Assembly: GCA_039194325.1 (NCBI GenBank) | Contig: JBCCWC010000005.1 | Span: 1-64,000 of the forward strand | Source: Myxococcota bacterium | GTDB lineage: Bacteria > Myxococcota_A > Polyangia > Nannocystales > Nannocystaceae | Direction of reading: 5' to 3' | Length of the DNA: 64,000 nucleotides | In this document: piece by piece, positions 20,009-28,234 of the stretch | How the letters are laid out: each line of letters opens with the position of its first letter | Numbering within the stretch: position 1 is the stretch's first letter | The notes under the pieces: model-generated | Seen by the model: the letters and a program-made list of their open reading frames with translations, nothing else | Told to the model about the DNA's origin: nothing | Database searches by the model: none | Made by a program: the position numbers and the translations under genes

Positions 20009-21171
20009 CGGCCACCTCCCCCGATCCGTGACCGATAAAGGGCCCCTCCTGTCATCGGTAAGAGCACCAGGGTCGTCAGCACCGCGCCCACCCCCCAGGT
20101 CTCCCAGGTGATCCCGAGCACCAACGGCGCGGCCATGCCCGCCGCGCTGCGCACTACGTCGCTCATCGCGAGCATGCGGCCCTTGCTGCGCCGGGGTACC
20201 CGGGCCGCGACATAGGCGGGGACCACGGTCGAGCCGACCACCTCGCCCACCGTCCAGATCACGGTGCACAGGACCAGCGCGGGCAACGAGAACCCCAGCG
20301 CCAAGACGAGCAGCCCCAGGGTCCACAGCGCGGCGGCGATCACCATCGAGCTCGCCGCCGAGCGCCCTCGTAGCCAGCGCTCGACCCAGAAGCCGGACGC
20401 CAGCACCATCGCCGCGTTGATCGAGTAGATCACACCCACCCAGACCAGATCGGCCGCGAAGCTGCGGGCTACCAGCACGGGCACCGCGTACTCCAGCCCC
20501 ATCAAGGGAGCGACGAGGAAGAAGCTCGCCCCCACGAAGGCGAGCACCCCGGGGTGAGCGCGCCATACGGCCAGGTGACCGGGCAACGCCTCGGTCGATC
20601 GGGGAGCCGGGCGAGGGTGTACGCCTAGCGCGAGGATCAGCGCACAGACGAGCGTGGTCGCGGCGTCGCCGATGAACAGCCAGCCAAAGGACGCTCGAGC
20701 CACGAGCCCCCCCAGCAAGGGGCCCACCGCCATGCCCAGGTTGGAGCCGACGTAGTTGGTCGTGTACGCCAGCGGGCGTAGGTGCCCGGGTGTCTCGTCG
20801 GCGATGAGCGCGGCCGCGGCGGGCCCGTACATCCCCGAGCCCAGGTAGCCCACCAAGAGCCAGACCGCGTAGGTCGTGGGGCTGGCATCAGGCTGCCCCA
20901 GCGCCGAGAAGCCCGCGGCGTTGATCACCAGCGCGGTCAGCAGGGTGGGCTTGCGTCCGAGCCGATCCGCCGACCACCCGCCCAGCAGGTTGCCCCCCAT
21001 AAGGCCCACACTGCCGACCGCCAGCACCACGCCCACCACGTCGAGCGGCAGACCGCGAGCCTGCCCCAGGTAGATCGTCAGGTAGGGGAAGACGAACGAG
21101 CCCGCGCGGGTGATCGTGGTGCCGAGCACCAGCAACCACACACAGCGGGGCAATGCGCGTAGCTCAGCCAT
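20005..21171 (-). CDS. MFS transporter (efflux-type)
   Basis: Motif A 'GGWSADRLGRK', motif C-like 'GMAVGPLLGG', about 12 hydrophobic segments. Confidence 0.9.
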   Translation of the reverse strand: MAELRALPRCVWLLVLGTTITRAGSFVFPYLTIYLGQARGLPLDVVGVVLAVGSVGLMGGNLLGGWSADRLGRKPTLLTALVINAAGFSALGQPDASPTTYAVWLLVGYLGSGMYGPAAAALIADETPGHLRPLAYTTNYVGSNLGMAVGPLLGGLVARASFGWLFIGDAATTLVCALILALGVHPRPAPRSTEALPGHLAVWRAHPGVLAFVGASFFLVAPLMGLEYAVPVLVARSFAADLVWVGVIYSINAAMVLASGFWVERWLRGRSAASSMVIAAALWTLGLLVLALGFSLPALVLCTVIWTVGEVVGSTVVPAYVAARVPRRSKGRMLAMSDVVRSAAGMAAPLVLGITWETWGVGAVLTTLVLLPMTGGALYRSRIGGGGR

Positions 21172-22699
21172 TACCAGCAGTGGGACCAGCAGTGGGACCA
21201 GCAGTGGGACCAGCAGTGGGACTACCGGTGACGCAGGGAATCGAGGGAGATCCCGACCGCGAAGGATCCAGCCACTGGGCCGTCCGCTGGCGATTGTTGG
21301 CCAAGTTGCCGGCCGGCACGAGCCCCTGCGACAAGGCCCGCCCTAGGGCGTTGCCCCGACGAACATAGTCGTCCACTGCCCGTCGCGGCGCGACCTGCTT
21401 GAGGTCACGCACCATGTGTCCCATGAACACCTCGCCCAGGATCGACAGCTCGTGGCGATCCTCGTGCTCGATGACCAGCCCCTGCTCCACCAGCGTCGCC
21501 AAGGTTCGAAGCTGCGGCTCGTATGGCGCCCCTTGCTCCCGCAGGCGGTCGAGGCGATGGCGCGGCAGGTGCTCCCAGCGCAGCGGGAAGCACCACAGGG
21601 CCAGATCCCGCTGGTGCACGTCGGAACACTTGGGCAAGAACCAGGGCGGCTGACCGCGCTCGATCGCCTCGCACCACGCCTCGATCTCGACCAGGTTCTC
21701 CACCCGCGCTCCGGGCAGGATGCTCACCGCCTGAGGACCGACCCCCAGCACGAACGACTCGTAGCGACCGCCCGCGATGCACTCGTCGCCCGCCAGCCGG
21801 GCGAGCACCGCAGGGGAGATCCGCGCGGGATCGACATAGGTATTGGTCCCACGCCGCTGCCAGCCACGACGCAGGAAGGTCGTATAGGTGTGCAGCCGCA
21901 TCAGCGCCTGGGCTTGGGGGCCAGGGCAGGGCGGGATCGTCCCGTCTTCCATCGCCGCGACCAGGGCCGGCGCGGCCCCGGGCGTGAGCAGGTACGAGCT
22001 GATCCCGCCGATCCGGGGCTCGTCCATCAGCGCCTCGAGATCGGCGACCACCCGCGCCACATCCTGCCCCGGCAGCCCGGTGATCAGATCGGCGTTGACC
22101 ACCGGGATCCGCCCATCGATCCAGTCGAGCACCCGCGGCAGCGCCTGCCAGCTTCGAGGCTGACGCATCGCGGCCCGCACCGCGGGATCCAGCGACTGCA
22201 CCCCAAAGCTGACCTTGGTGGTCTCGGCGGCGACCAGCTGCTCCACGAAGCCCTCGGTCGCGGTGCTCAGGGTCAGCTCCACGGCCAGCTCGGTGTGCTC
22301 ACCAAAGCCGGGCAAGCCGCGGATCGCATCGAGCACCACGCCCACGTGCTCCCGGAGCAGATCGGGGCTGCCTCCGCCGATGTTGACCGCACGGATCGGA
22401 AAGGCGCCCAGCTGTGTGCGCGCGTGCAGCAGCTGCAGCTGCCGCGCCACCAGCTGGGCGTAGCGCTCCGCCTCTTTCCAGCGCAGGCTGTTGCCTCCCG
22501 AGAACGCACAGAAGCGACAGCGCTGGGCGCAAAAGGGCACGTGCACGTAGATCGACAGCGAGGCGTCGTCGAGCACCGGCGCGCGCTCGAGGGCCGTAAG
22601 GACCCGAGCCGAAGTCATCGCGGGCTCGTCGGGTAGCATCCAGTAGTCGATCGTGTTGCTCGCGAGCGTGGCGTAGGGCGATCCTAGTAGACCCGGCAT
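21164..22699 (-). CDS. HemN-like radical SAM enzyme
   Basis: 'IYVHVPFCAQRCRFC' (CxxxCxxC), 'GGGSP', 'SFGVQS', 'DLITGLPGQ'. Overlaps the MFS start by 8 nt. Confidence 0.88.
   Translation of the reverse strand: MPGLLGSPYATLASNTIDYWMLPDEPAMTSARVLTALERAPVLDDASLSIYVHVPFCAQRCRFCAFSGGNSLRWKEAERYAQLVARQLQLLHARTQLGAFPIRAVNIGGGSPDLLREHVGVVLDAIRGLPGFGEHTELAVELTLSTATEGFVEQLVAAETTKVSFGVQSLDPAVRAAMRQPRSWQALPRVLDWIDGRIPVVNADLITGLPGQDVARVVADLEALMDEPRIGGISSYLLTPGAAPALVAAMEDGTIPPCPGPQAQALMRLHTYTTFLRRGWQRRGTNTYVDPARISPAVLARLAGDECIAGGRYESFVLGVGPQAVSILPGARVENLVEIEAWCEAIERGQPPWFLPKCSDVHQRDLALWCFPLRWEHLPRHRLDRLREQGAPYEPQLRTLATLVEQGLVIEHEDRHELSILGEVFMGHMVRDLKQVAPRRAVDDYVRRGNALGRALSQGLVPAGNLANNRQRTAQWLDPSRSGSPSIPCVTGSPTAGPTAGPTAGPTAGNG
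21174..21221. repeat. Perfect 12-bp tandem repeat x4 (ccagcagtggga)
   Basis: Four identical units encoding PTAG x4 at the radical SAM C-terminus, immediately upstream of the MFS ATG. Confidence 0.95.
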
Positions 22700-22768
22700 C
22701 TTCGCTAGTTCATGTCGCGACTTATCGAGGCCATTGCAGCCACACCGGAAGTTTTTCGCGGATCGACC

Positions 22769-23605
22769 TCAGAGCGTGAACGCGTCGAGCCCCACCGCGT
22801 GCCCGAGCGGGGACAGCTCGTAGAGCACCAGGTGCCCCAGCTGCCGGCGAAACAGGTGCAGCCGCGAGCCGGCCCAAAGCGAGGGCCGAGGATCGACCGA
22901 AGCCGGATAAACGAACACCAGCACGCGCAAGCCCTGCGGATCCACCACCAACTCCACCACCCGCGAGGCCTCCAGGCCCCACCGCGCACAGGGAGGCTCC
23001 CCACTGCACTCGCTACGAACCGTGAGCCCGAAGGTCGGTCGCACGACCAGCGCCGAGCTCCCGTCAGAGGCACACGACGCCCCATCGGGCGCATCACCGA
23101 AGACCAAGGGCTCGGGCGGACCAAAGCCCTCGGGCGGCAGGCCCCGATAAAGATCGGCCCAGCGTGAGGCCACGGTGGGCGGACCCGTCGAAGGCGCAGG
23201 CCGTTCGTCCTCCACCCTCACGACCAACTCACTGGGGTCACCGGGGCCACCCGCTGGGCGCGAGCCCAAGGCCTGCACGCCCAGCAACACCAGCAACACC
23301 ATGGCCGCCATCGCGGCCACGAGGGCAACCACAGGGTGCGAGAGCCACGACGGGCGCCGGGGAGCATGGGCTCGAGCCGGCACCACGGCTGGCACCATCA
23401 CGGCGCCCACCTCGACCGCCTCCTCCAACCGCTGGTGTAGGGCGTCGAGGTCGGGCGGCACGAAGGCCCGCCGTAGCGACGCGTCGATCGCCTCTTGCAA
23501 CGCCAGCGCCCGCTCCAGCTCGGGATCGGCCTGGACCGCGCACGCCAGCGCCTCGCCATCTTCGGCGTCGAGCAAGGCGTCGAGATCGGATCGCTCTTCG
23601 CTCAT
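22769..23605 (-). CDS. Putative single-TM anti-sigma factor
   Basis: Coupled (ATGA overlap) to an ECF sigma. Small cytoplasmic N-domain, one TM 'VVALVAAMAAMVLLVLLGV', extracytoplasmic C-domain. Confidence 0.7.
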   Translation of the reverse strand: MSEERSDLDALLDAEDGEALACAVQADPELERALALQEAIDASLRRAFVPPDLDALHQRLEEAVEVGAVMVPAVVPARAHAPRRPSWLSHPVVALVAAMAAMVLLVLLGVQALGSRPAGGPGDPSELVVRVEDERPAPSTGPPTVASRWADLYRGLPPEGFGPPEPLVFGDAPDGASCASDGSSALVVRPTFGLTVRSECSGEPPCARWGLEASRVVELVVDPQGLRVLVFVYPASVDPRPSLWAGSRLHLFRRQLGHLVLYELSPLGHAVGLDAFTL

Positions 23606-24291
23606 CGGACCACCTCCCGCCGGGTGGATCCCTCGGCCCGCGCCGCCCCCAGAGTCCGACGCATCCGCGTACGCGCCCGGTGAACATGGCTCATGGCCGT
23701 CCCCTCGGGAATGCCGAGGATCTCACCGATCTCCCGATAGTCGAGATCCATCACCGTGCGCAGCAGCAGGCACGCCCGCGCTGTGTCACCAAGCTGGTCG
23801 AGCGCGGCCACCACCGTGTCGTCGAAGTGTCGCTGGCCCGGCACCAACTCGCCGCGCGGGGAGACGCCGACCGGCTCGGGATCCTCCCCCACCAGCGAGA
23901 GCCTCGGCTCGTGCTCGGACCCTCGCGCTTGATCTCGCGTGGCTGGGATCCCCGGCCACTGGTCTAGATGTCGCGGCTGTCGATGTTGCGGCTCTTTACG
24001 CCGCTGGTCTAGATGTCGCTGTTCTCGACGCCGCTGCTCTCGACGCCGCTGCTCGCGACGCCGATGGTTGAGCGCGACGTAGCGTACGATCTGCGCCAGC
24101 CAGGCTTGCACGCTGGTCCCCACCTCGAACGCGTCGAGCTTGCCCAGCGCAATCATCGCAGCCTCCTGCAGCACGTCCTCGGCCCGGGCTCGGTCACCGA
24201 CGATCGCCGCCGCCACGCACCACAACATAGGAGCACATTCGCGGAACTTCCGCGCAAACCCCTCTGCCGTGAGCGCTTGATCGCCTCGCAT
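23602..24291 (-). CDS. ECF RNA polymerase sigma factor with repeat-expanded linker
   Basis: Sigma2 'AEDVLQEA...AWLAQIVR'; sigma4 'LDYREIGEILGIPEGTAMSHVHRAR'. Confidence 0.9.
   Translation of the reverse strand: MRGDQALTAEGFARKFRECAPMLWCVAAAIVGDRARAEDVLQEAAMIALGKLDAFEVGTSVQAWLAQIVRYVALNHRRREQRRREQRRREQRHLDQRRKEPQHRQPRHLDQWPGIPATRDQARGSEHEPRLSLVGEDPEPVGVSPRGELVPGQRHFDDTVVAALDQLGDTARACLLLRTVMDLDYREIGEILGIPEGTAMSHVHRARTRMRRTLGAARAEGSTRREVVR
23956..24060. repeat. Seven imperfect 15-bp units encoding RREQR x3, HLDQR, RKEPQ, HRQPR, HLDQW
   Basis: Units such as ccgctgctctcgacg and ccgctggtctagatg read directly in the sequence. Confidence 0.85.
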
Positions 24292-24358
24292 CGATGGTCC
24301 CGTTGGGCGAGTCCAGGCCTTTGCCCCGCTCCTTCATGTTCGGTCAGACCCCATTCGA

Positions 24359-24991
24359 TTGCACCGGACCGACGATTTTCGTCAGCGATCGGCTCTGAGG
24401 TTTGCGCGTCGCGCGCTTTCCACCGGCTCCACGGTGAGCACGGGCGATCGGCTCTACGCCACCCACCAAAGCGCGATCGCGTCGGGCGCTTCGGTCTTAG
24501 CCGTCGACTTGGCCAGCGGCCATGTGCTGTGGACCCGGCCCGACCTGCGCTTTTGCCAGAGGCAGTGGGAGGGCAAGGCCCCCGATGCTCCCTTCGACTT
24601 TACCCGCGGCCCCTCCGAGCTCGCGATCGACGACACGCACGATGTGGTGACCAACCCCGAGGGCTCCGAGCACCCCGCTACGCTCGAGCGCATCGACATA
24701 CAGTAGAACGAACACGAAAGCGTGTGGATCACCTCGCTACCCGGCCGCTACTGTGCCGCCTCCAGCGGCGCGGAGTTGGTCGCCGTAGATCCCGACACTG
24801 GAGCGCGCGTGCGCACGATCGCCGTGCACACGCTGGGCCCGATCGCTCACTCGGAGTACTTCAACGAAGTCGAGCTCGACGAACGACACGGACACCTCGT
24901 GGTGTACGGTCGAGAGGCCGCTGGGCGCTACATTGAGGTGATCGACCCCCAGACCGGACTGGCTCGCGTGAACTTACGGTATTGGGACTGA
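24359..24991 (+). pseudogene. Degraded PQQ-type beta-propeller-like gene with in-frame TAG at 24704-24706
   Basis: ORFs 24359-24706 and 24722-24991 are in the same frame. Each half carries a related blade ('ASGASVLAVDLASGHVLW' and 'SSGAELVAVDPDTGARV'). No convincing start or signal peptide. Confidence 0.6.
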
Positions 24992-25090
24992 CCGCGCCGT
25001 TCACTGGTGATGATGGGATCGATGCTCGGCGAGCGTTCGAGCGCATCACAAGCCCCGGCCAGCACCGACCTCGTACGCTACGATCCGACC

Positions 25091-26170
25091 ATGGGGCTTT
25101 TGTTTCGCGTGGGCGGCTCGATCGTCGTGGGGTTGCTGGGATCCGGGTGCAACCTCGACACCTCGGGCGTGGGCGACGGCTCCACCGGCTCCCCTACGGG
25201 TTCTCCGGCCAGCACCGTTGCTCCCTCGACCTCCAGCCCCAACCCCATCGAGGACTCCACCGGCTCCACGTCGAGCGTGGCCAGCGGCTCGGCGACCGGC
25301 CAGGGCTCGACCGGTCCTGAGGCCGACGGCAGCGGCAGCAGCAGCGGAGACGAGCTCGAGCCGTGGCCGACGGGTCCCTTCGGGAGGATCACGCGGGTGG
25401 ACATCCTCAGCACGGACGACAACGACGATGACCCGAGCCTGACCGCCGACATGCTCGAGATCGTGTTTCAGTCCAACCGCGACAATGGCGACGATGAGCT
25501 CTACTGGTCGTCTCGAGACAGCGTGAACGAGCAATGGGATATACCGCAACCCATCGACGAGCTCAACGACAATACCAACAACACCACCAACGAGAACACC
25601 CCCGAGCTAAGCGCTGACGGGCTCGTCCTGATGTTCAGCAGCACCCGGCGTGGCGGCCAGGACTTGGACGTGTTCATCAGCTATCGAAAAAGCCGCGACG
25701 ACACGTGGGAGGTCCCGCTGTCGGTGGACACGCTCAACACGTCGGACGAAGAGCTCGCGCCCACCTTGACGCCCGATCTACAGCAGGTCTACCTGTGCTC
25801 GAGCCGCCCCGGCGACCTGATGAGGCGGAACATCTGGAGAGCCGACGTCATGATGAACGGGGCGGAGCTCTCCTTCAGCCCGCCACAGATCGTCATGGAC
25901 ATCTCTACCAACGAGCACGACTGTACAATGGCCGTGAGCCCCGATGGGCTCGTCATCCTCTTCGACATTGCCAACGATGACAACACCGCCATATGGGAGG
26001 CCACGCGGGACTCTCCCGACGGCATGTTCGGCAACGCGACCCGCCTCGACGAGCTCAATGTCGACGGACAGAGCGACCAGGACCCTTGGGTCTCGCCCGA
26101 CGGCCACGTGATCTACTTCTCGAGCACGCGCGACGACGGCGATCAAGACATCTTCTTCGCCGAGCGCTGA
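25091..26170 (+). CDS. Lipoprotein with PD40/TolB-like beta-propeller repeats
   Basis: Lipobox 'LLGSGC', S/T/G-rich linker, repeats 'PSLTADMLEIVFQSNR', 'PELSADGLVLMFSSTR', 'PWVSPDGHVIYFSSTR'. Confidence 0.85.
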   Translation: MGLLFRVGGSIVVGLLGSGCNLDTSGVGDGSTGSPTGSPASTVAPSTSSPNPIEDSTGSTSSVASGSATGQGSTGPEADGSGSSSGDELEPWPTGPFGRITRVDILSTDDNDDDPSLTADMLEIVFQSNRDNGDDELYWSSRDSVNEQWDIPQPIDELNDNTNNTTNENTPELSADGLVLMFSSTRRGGQDLDVFISYRKSRDDTWEVPLSVDTLNTSDEELAPTLTPDLQQVYLCSSRPGDLMRRNIWRADVMMNGAELSFSPPQIVMDISTNEHDCTMAVSPDGLVILFDIANDDNTAIWEATRDSPDGMFGNATRLDELNVDGQSDQDPWVSPDGHVIYFSSTRDDGDQDIFFAER

Positions 26171-26188
26171 CCGGCGAGCCCGGCCCGC

Positions 26189-26833
26189 TCACCCCGAAGG
26201 CCGGCGCCCCTGGGGATCCACCAGCGAGCGTGCCCAGCCCGGTACGTCCCGCACGATCGACGCATGCACCTTGGGGGACAGCCGCATCTTTGCCAGGCTG
26301 CGCTTGATGAGCTCCCGAGCTCGGGCCAGCCGAGTGGTGATCGTGCTGGCGGGCACCTGCATCACCTCGCCGATCTCGGCCGTGGGCAGGCTCTCCCAGT
26401 AGTATAGCTGCACCACGATCTGCAGCTCGGCCGGCAGCTCCACCATCGCCTGTAGCAGCAGCCCTTGCTGCTCGCAGCGCGCGAACACCCCCGTCAGCGA
26501 GGTCTGGCGAGAGGGCCGCTCGGGGCTGCTCTGGGCGAAGCTACGCAGGCCATCGAGCCGCGAGTTGCTCCGCAGGTGCATCAGCATCTGGTTGCGCGCC
26601 ACCCCGAACAGGTACGAGCGAAAGCTAGTGTGCAGCTGCCGCTTGGCGAGCGACTCGAGGCAGGCGAGGAACGTGCGCTGGGTGAGGTCTTCGGCCGCGT
26701 GGGTCAGCCGGATCTCGAAGAAGCGACGCACGCTCTCGTAGTGGCGAGCGAACAGCTCGTTGCTCGCGCTCGCGTCACCCTGCTGCCACCGAGCGAGCAG
26801 CTCGAAGTCGCGATCCGCAGCGCCCGCCCCCAT
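26189..26833 (-). CDS. ECF RNA polymerase sigma factor
   Basis: 'DFELLARWQQGD', 'AEDLTQRTF', 'FRSYLFGVARN', 'LYYWESLPTAEIGEVM...TITTRLARAR'. Confidence 0.9.
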   Translation of the reverse strand: MGAGAADRDFELLARWQQGDASASNELFARHYESVRRFFEIRLTHAAEDLTQRTFLACLESLAKRQLHTSFRSYLFGVARNQMLMHLRSNSRLDGLRSFAQSSPERPSRQTSLTGVFARCEQQGLLLQAMVELPAELQIVVQLYYWESLPTAEIGEVMQVPASTITTRLARARELIKRSLAKMRLSPKVHASIVRDVPGWARSLVDPQGRRPSG

Positions 26834-26870
26834 GGGGGCCGACCGTATCACGGGGCCGACCGGCGATCGC

Positions 26871-28211
26871 TTAGAGAGGTAGCGCACCGTTGCACAGCTC
26901 CGGGTCACCGAAGGTCGTGTCGTCCATGCCCATCAGGTTGCAGACCGAGACCAGCAGGTCGTTGTGAGGACGACCGTCGAAGGACACGAAGCGGCCGGTC
27001 TGTAGCGCGCCCCCGGCCCCACCCGCGAGCATGTAGAGCATCTCACGGCCCGCGTGGTTGTAGCCGATGTTCTTGCACCACAGCACCAGGGTGTTGTCGA
27101 GCAGCCGCTCTCCGTCGGGACCCTCGGGCACCGCGGCCAAGCGGTCGAGCAAGTAGCCGAACATGTCGAAGAAGAAGGTCTCCAGCGCCACCCGGTTCTC
27201 CGTGGCCGCTCCGCCCGCGCCCTGGTTGTAGTCGTGGGCGATGTTGTGGCAATCCTTGTTGATGTCGACCCCGTAGTCGGGCCACAGCGGCGTCAAGTGG
27301 CCGGCCCCCGTGTTCCCCAGCTGGAGCGAGCCCACGTCGGTGATCCCGCAGGCCAACGCCTGCACCATCAGATCGATCTGCCGCTGAGCGGTCAGCGGGA
27401 AGTTGTTGTTGGCCTCGTAGTTCGGGCCGCTCGCGATGGGCTCCGGCTCGCACGTGATGAGCGTGTCCTGGGCGAGCTTGTCCTCCAGATCCCGCACCAG
27501 GCCCAGGTGAACGTCGATCTTGTCGCGGGCCTCGCTGGGCAGGCGACTATCGAGCGACCGGAGATCCCCAGCGACTCGATCGAGCACGCTGAGCCGTCGC
27601 GCCCGCAACGCGGCGAGCTCGTCGGGCGGCAGCATCGCATCCTGGAAGAGCGAGTCGAAGGCTTCGTCGGGGCTGGCCAGCGGGTGTACGGGCTCGTCGG
27701 CCCCCGTGTAGGAGATCCGCGAGTTGCCGCTGGCTCCGCCGGGGATCACCCCGAGGGTCAGCGCGTCGACCCCCAGGTGATTGGCCACGTGCTGATCGAC
27801 CGAGATCCCCGAGGCCCAGAAATCCCCGTTGCCGCTGCCATACGGCGAGACCACCCGCCCGGTGAGCATGTGGCCGATTCCCACGTGCCCAGCTCCGTGG
27901 GTCTCCTTGTCGCGGGTCTTCATGTCGAGATCACCCACGAGCACGAGATCTTGCATGTGTGGCTCGAGGCCGCGCATCATCTGTGGCAAGCTGGTGAGCG
28001 CGAACTCGCCGCCGCTGCCCTCGGGTTTCCAGTGGTCGCGATCGATCGGTTCATTGGGGGTGAAGAACACCAGCAGGCGCTTGGCGAACACCCCCTCGTC
28101 TGCCGCTCGCACCGCGCGACCAATGAGGTTCGACATCATGGGCAGGCAAGAGAGCCCGGCGCAGGCTCCTCCCAAGAAACCGCGACGAGATAGTGGATTG
28201 TGGCGATGCAT
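26871..28211 (-). CDS. DUF1552 domain protein with Tat signal
   Basis: 'LSRRGFLGG' twin-arginine motif; 'ISVDQHVA', 'SVLDRV', 'ALACGITDV', 'LLDNTLV', 'HNDLLVSV'. Sits next to a DUF1592 gene. Confidence 0.85.
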   Translation of the reverse strand: MHRHNPLSRRGFLGGACAGLSCLPMMSNLIGRAVRAADEGVFAKRLLVFFTPNEPIDRDHWKPEGSGGEFALTSLPQMMRGLEPHMQDLVLVGDLDMKTRDKETHGAGHVGIGHMLTGRVVSPYGSGNGDFWASGISVDQHVANHLGVDALTLGVIPGGASGNSRISYTGADEPVHPLASPDEAFDSLFQDAMLPPDELAALRARRLSVLDRVAGDLRSLDSRLPSEARDKIDVHLGLVRDLEDKLAQDTLITCEPEPIASGPNYEANNNFPLTAQRQIDLMVQALACGITDVGSLQLGNTGAGHLTPLWPDYGVDINKDCHNIAHDYNQGAGGAATENRVALETFFFDMFGYLLDRLAAVPEGPDGERLLDNTLVLWCKNIGYNHAGREMLYMLAGGAGGALQTGRFVSFDGRPHNDLLVSVCNLMGMDDTTFGDPELCNGALPL

Positions 28212-28234
28212 GATGACTCTCTGATTGGGTTGGC

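Noticed and set aside
24704..24706. Pyrrolysine or programmed readthrough at TAG
   Set aside because: No pyl machinery in the window, and the ORF also lacks a credible 5' end.
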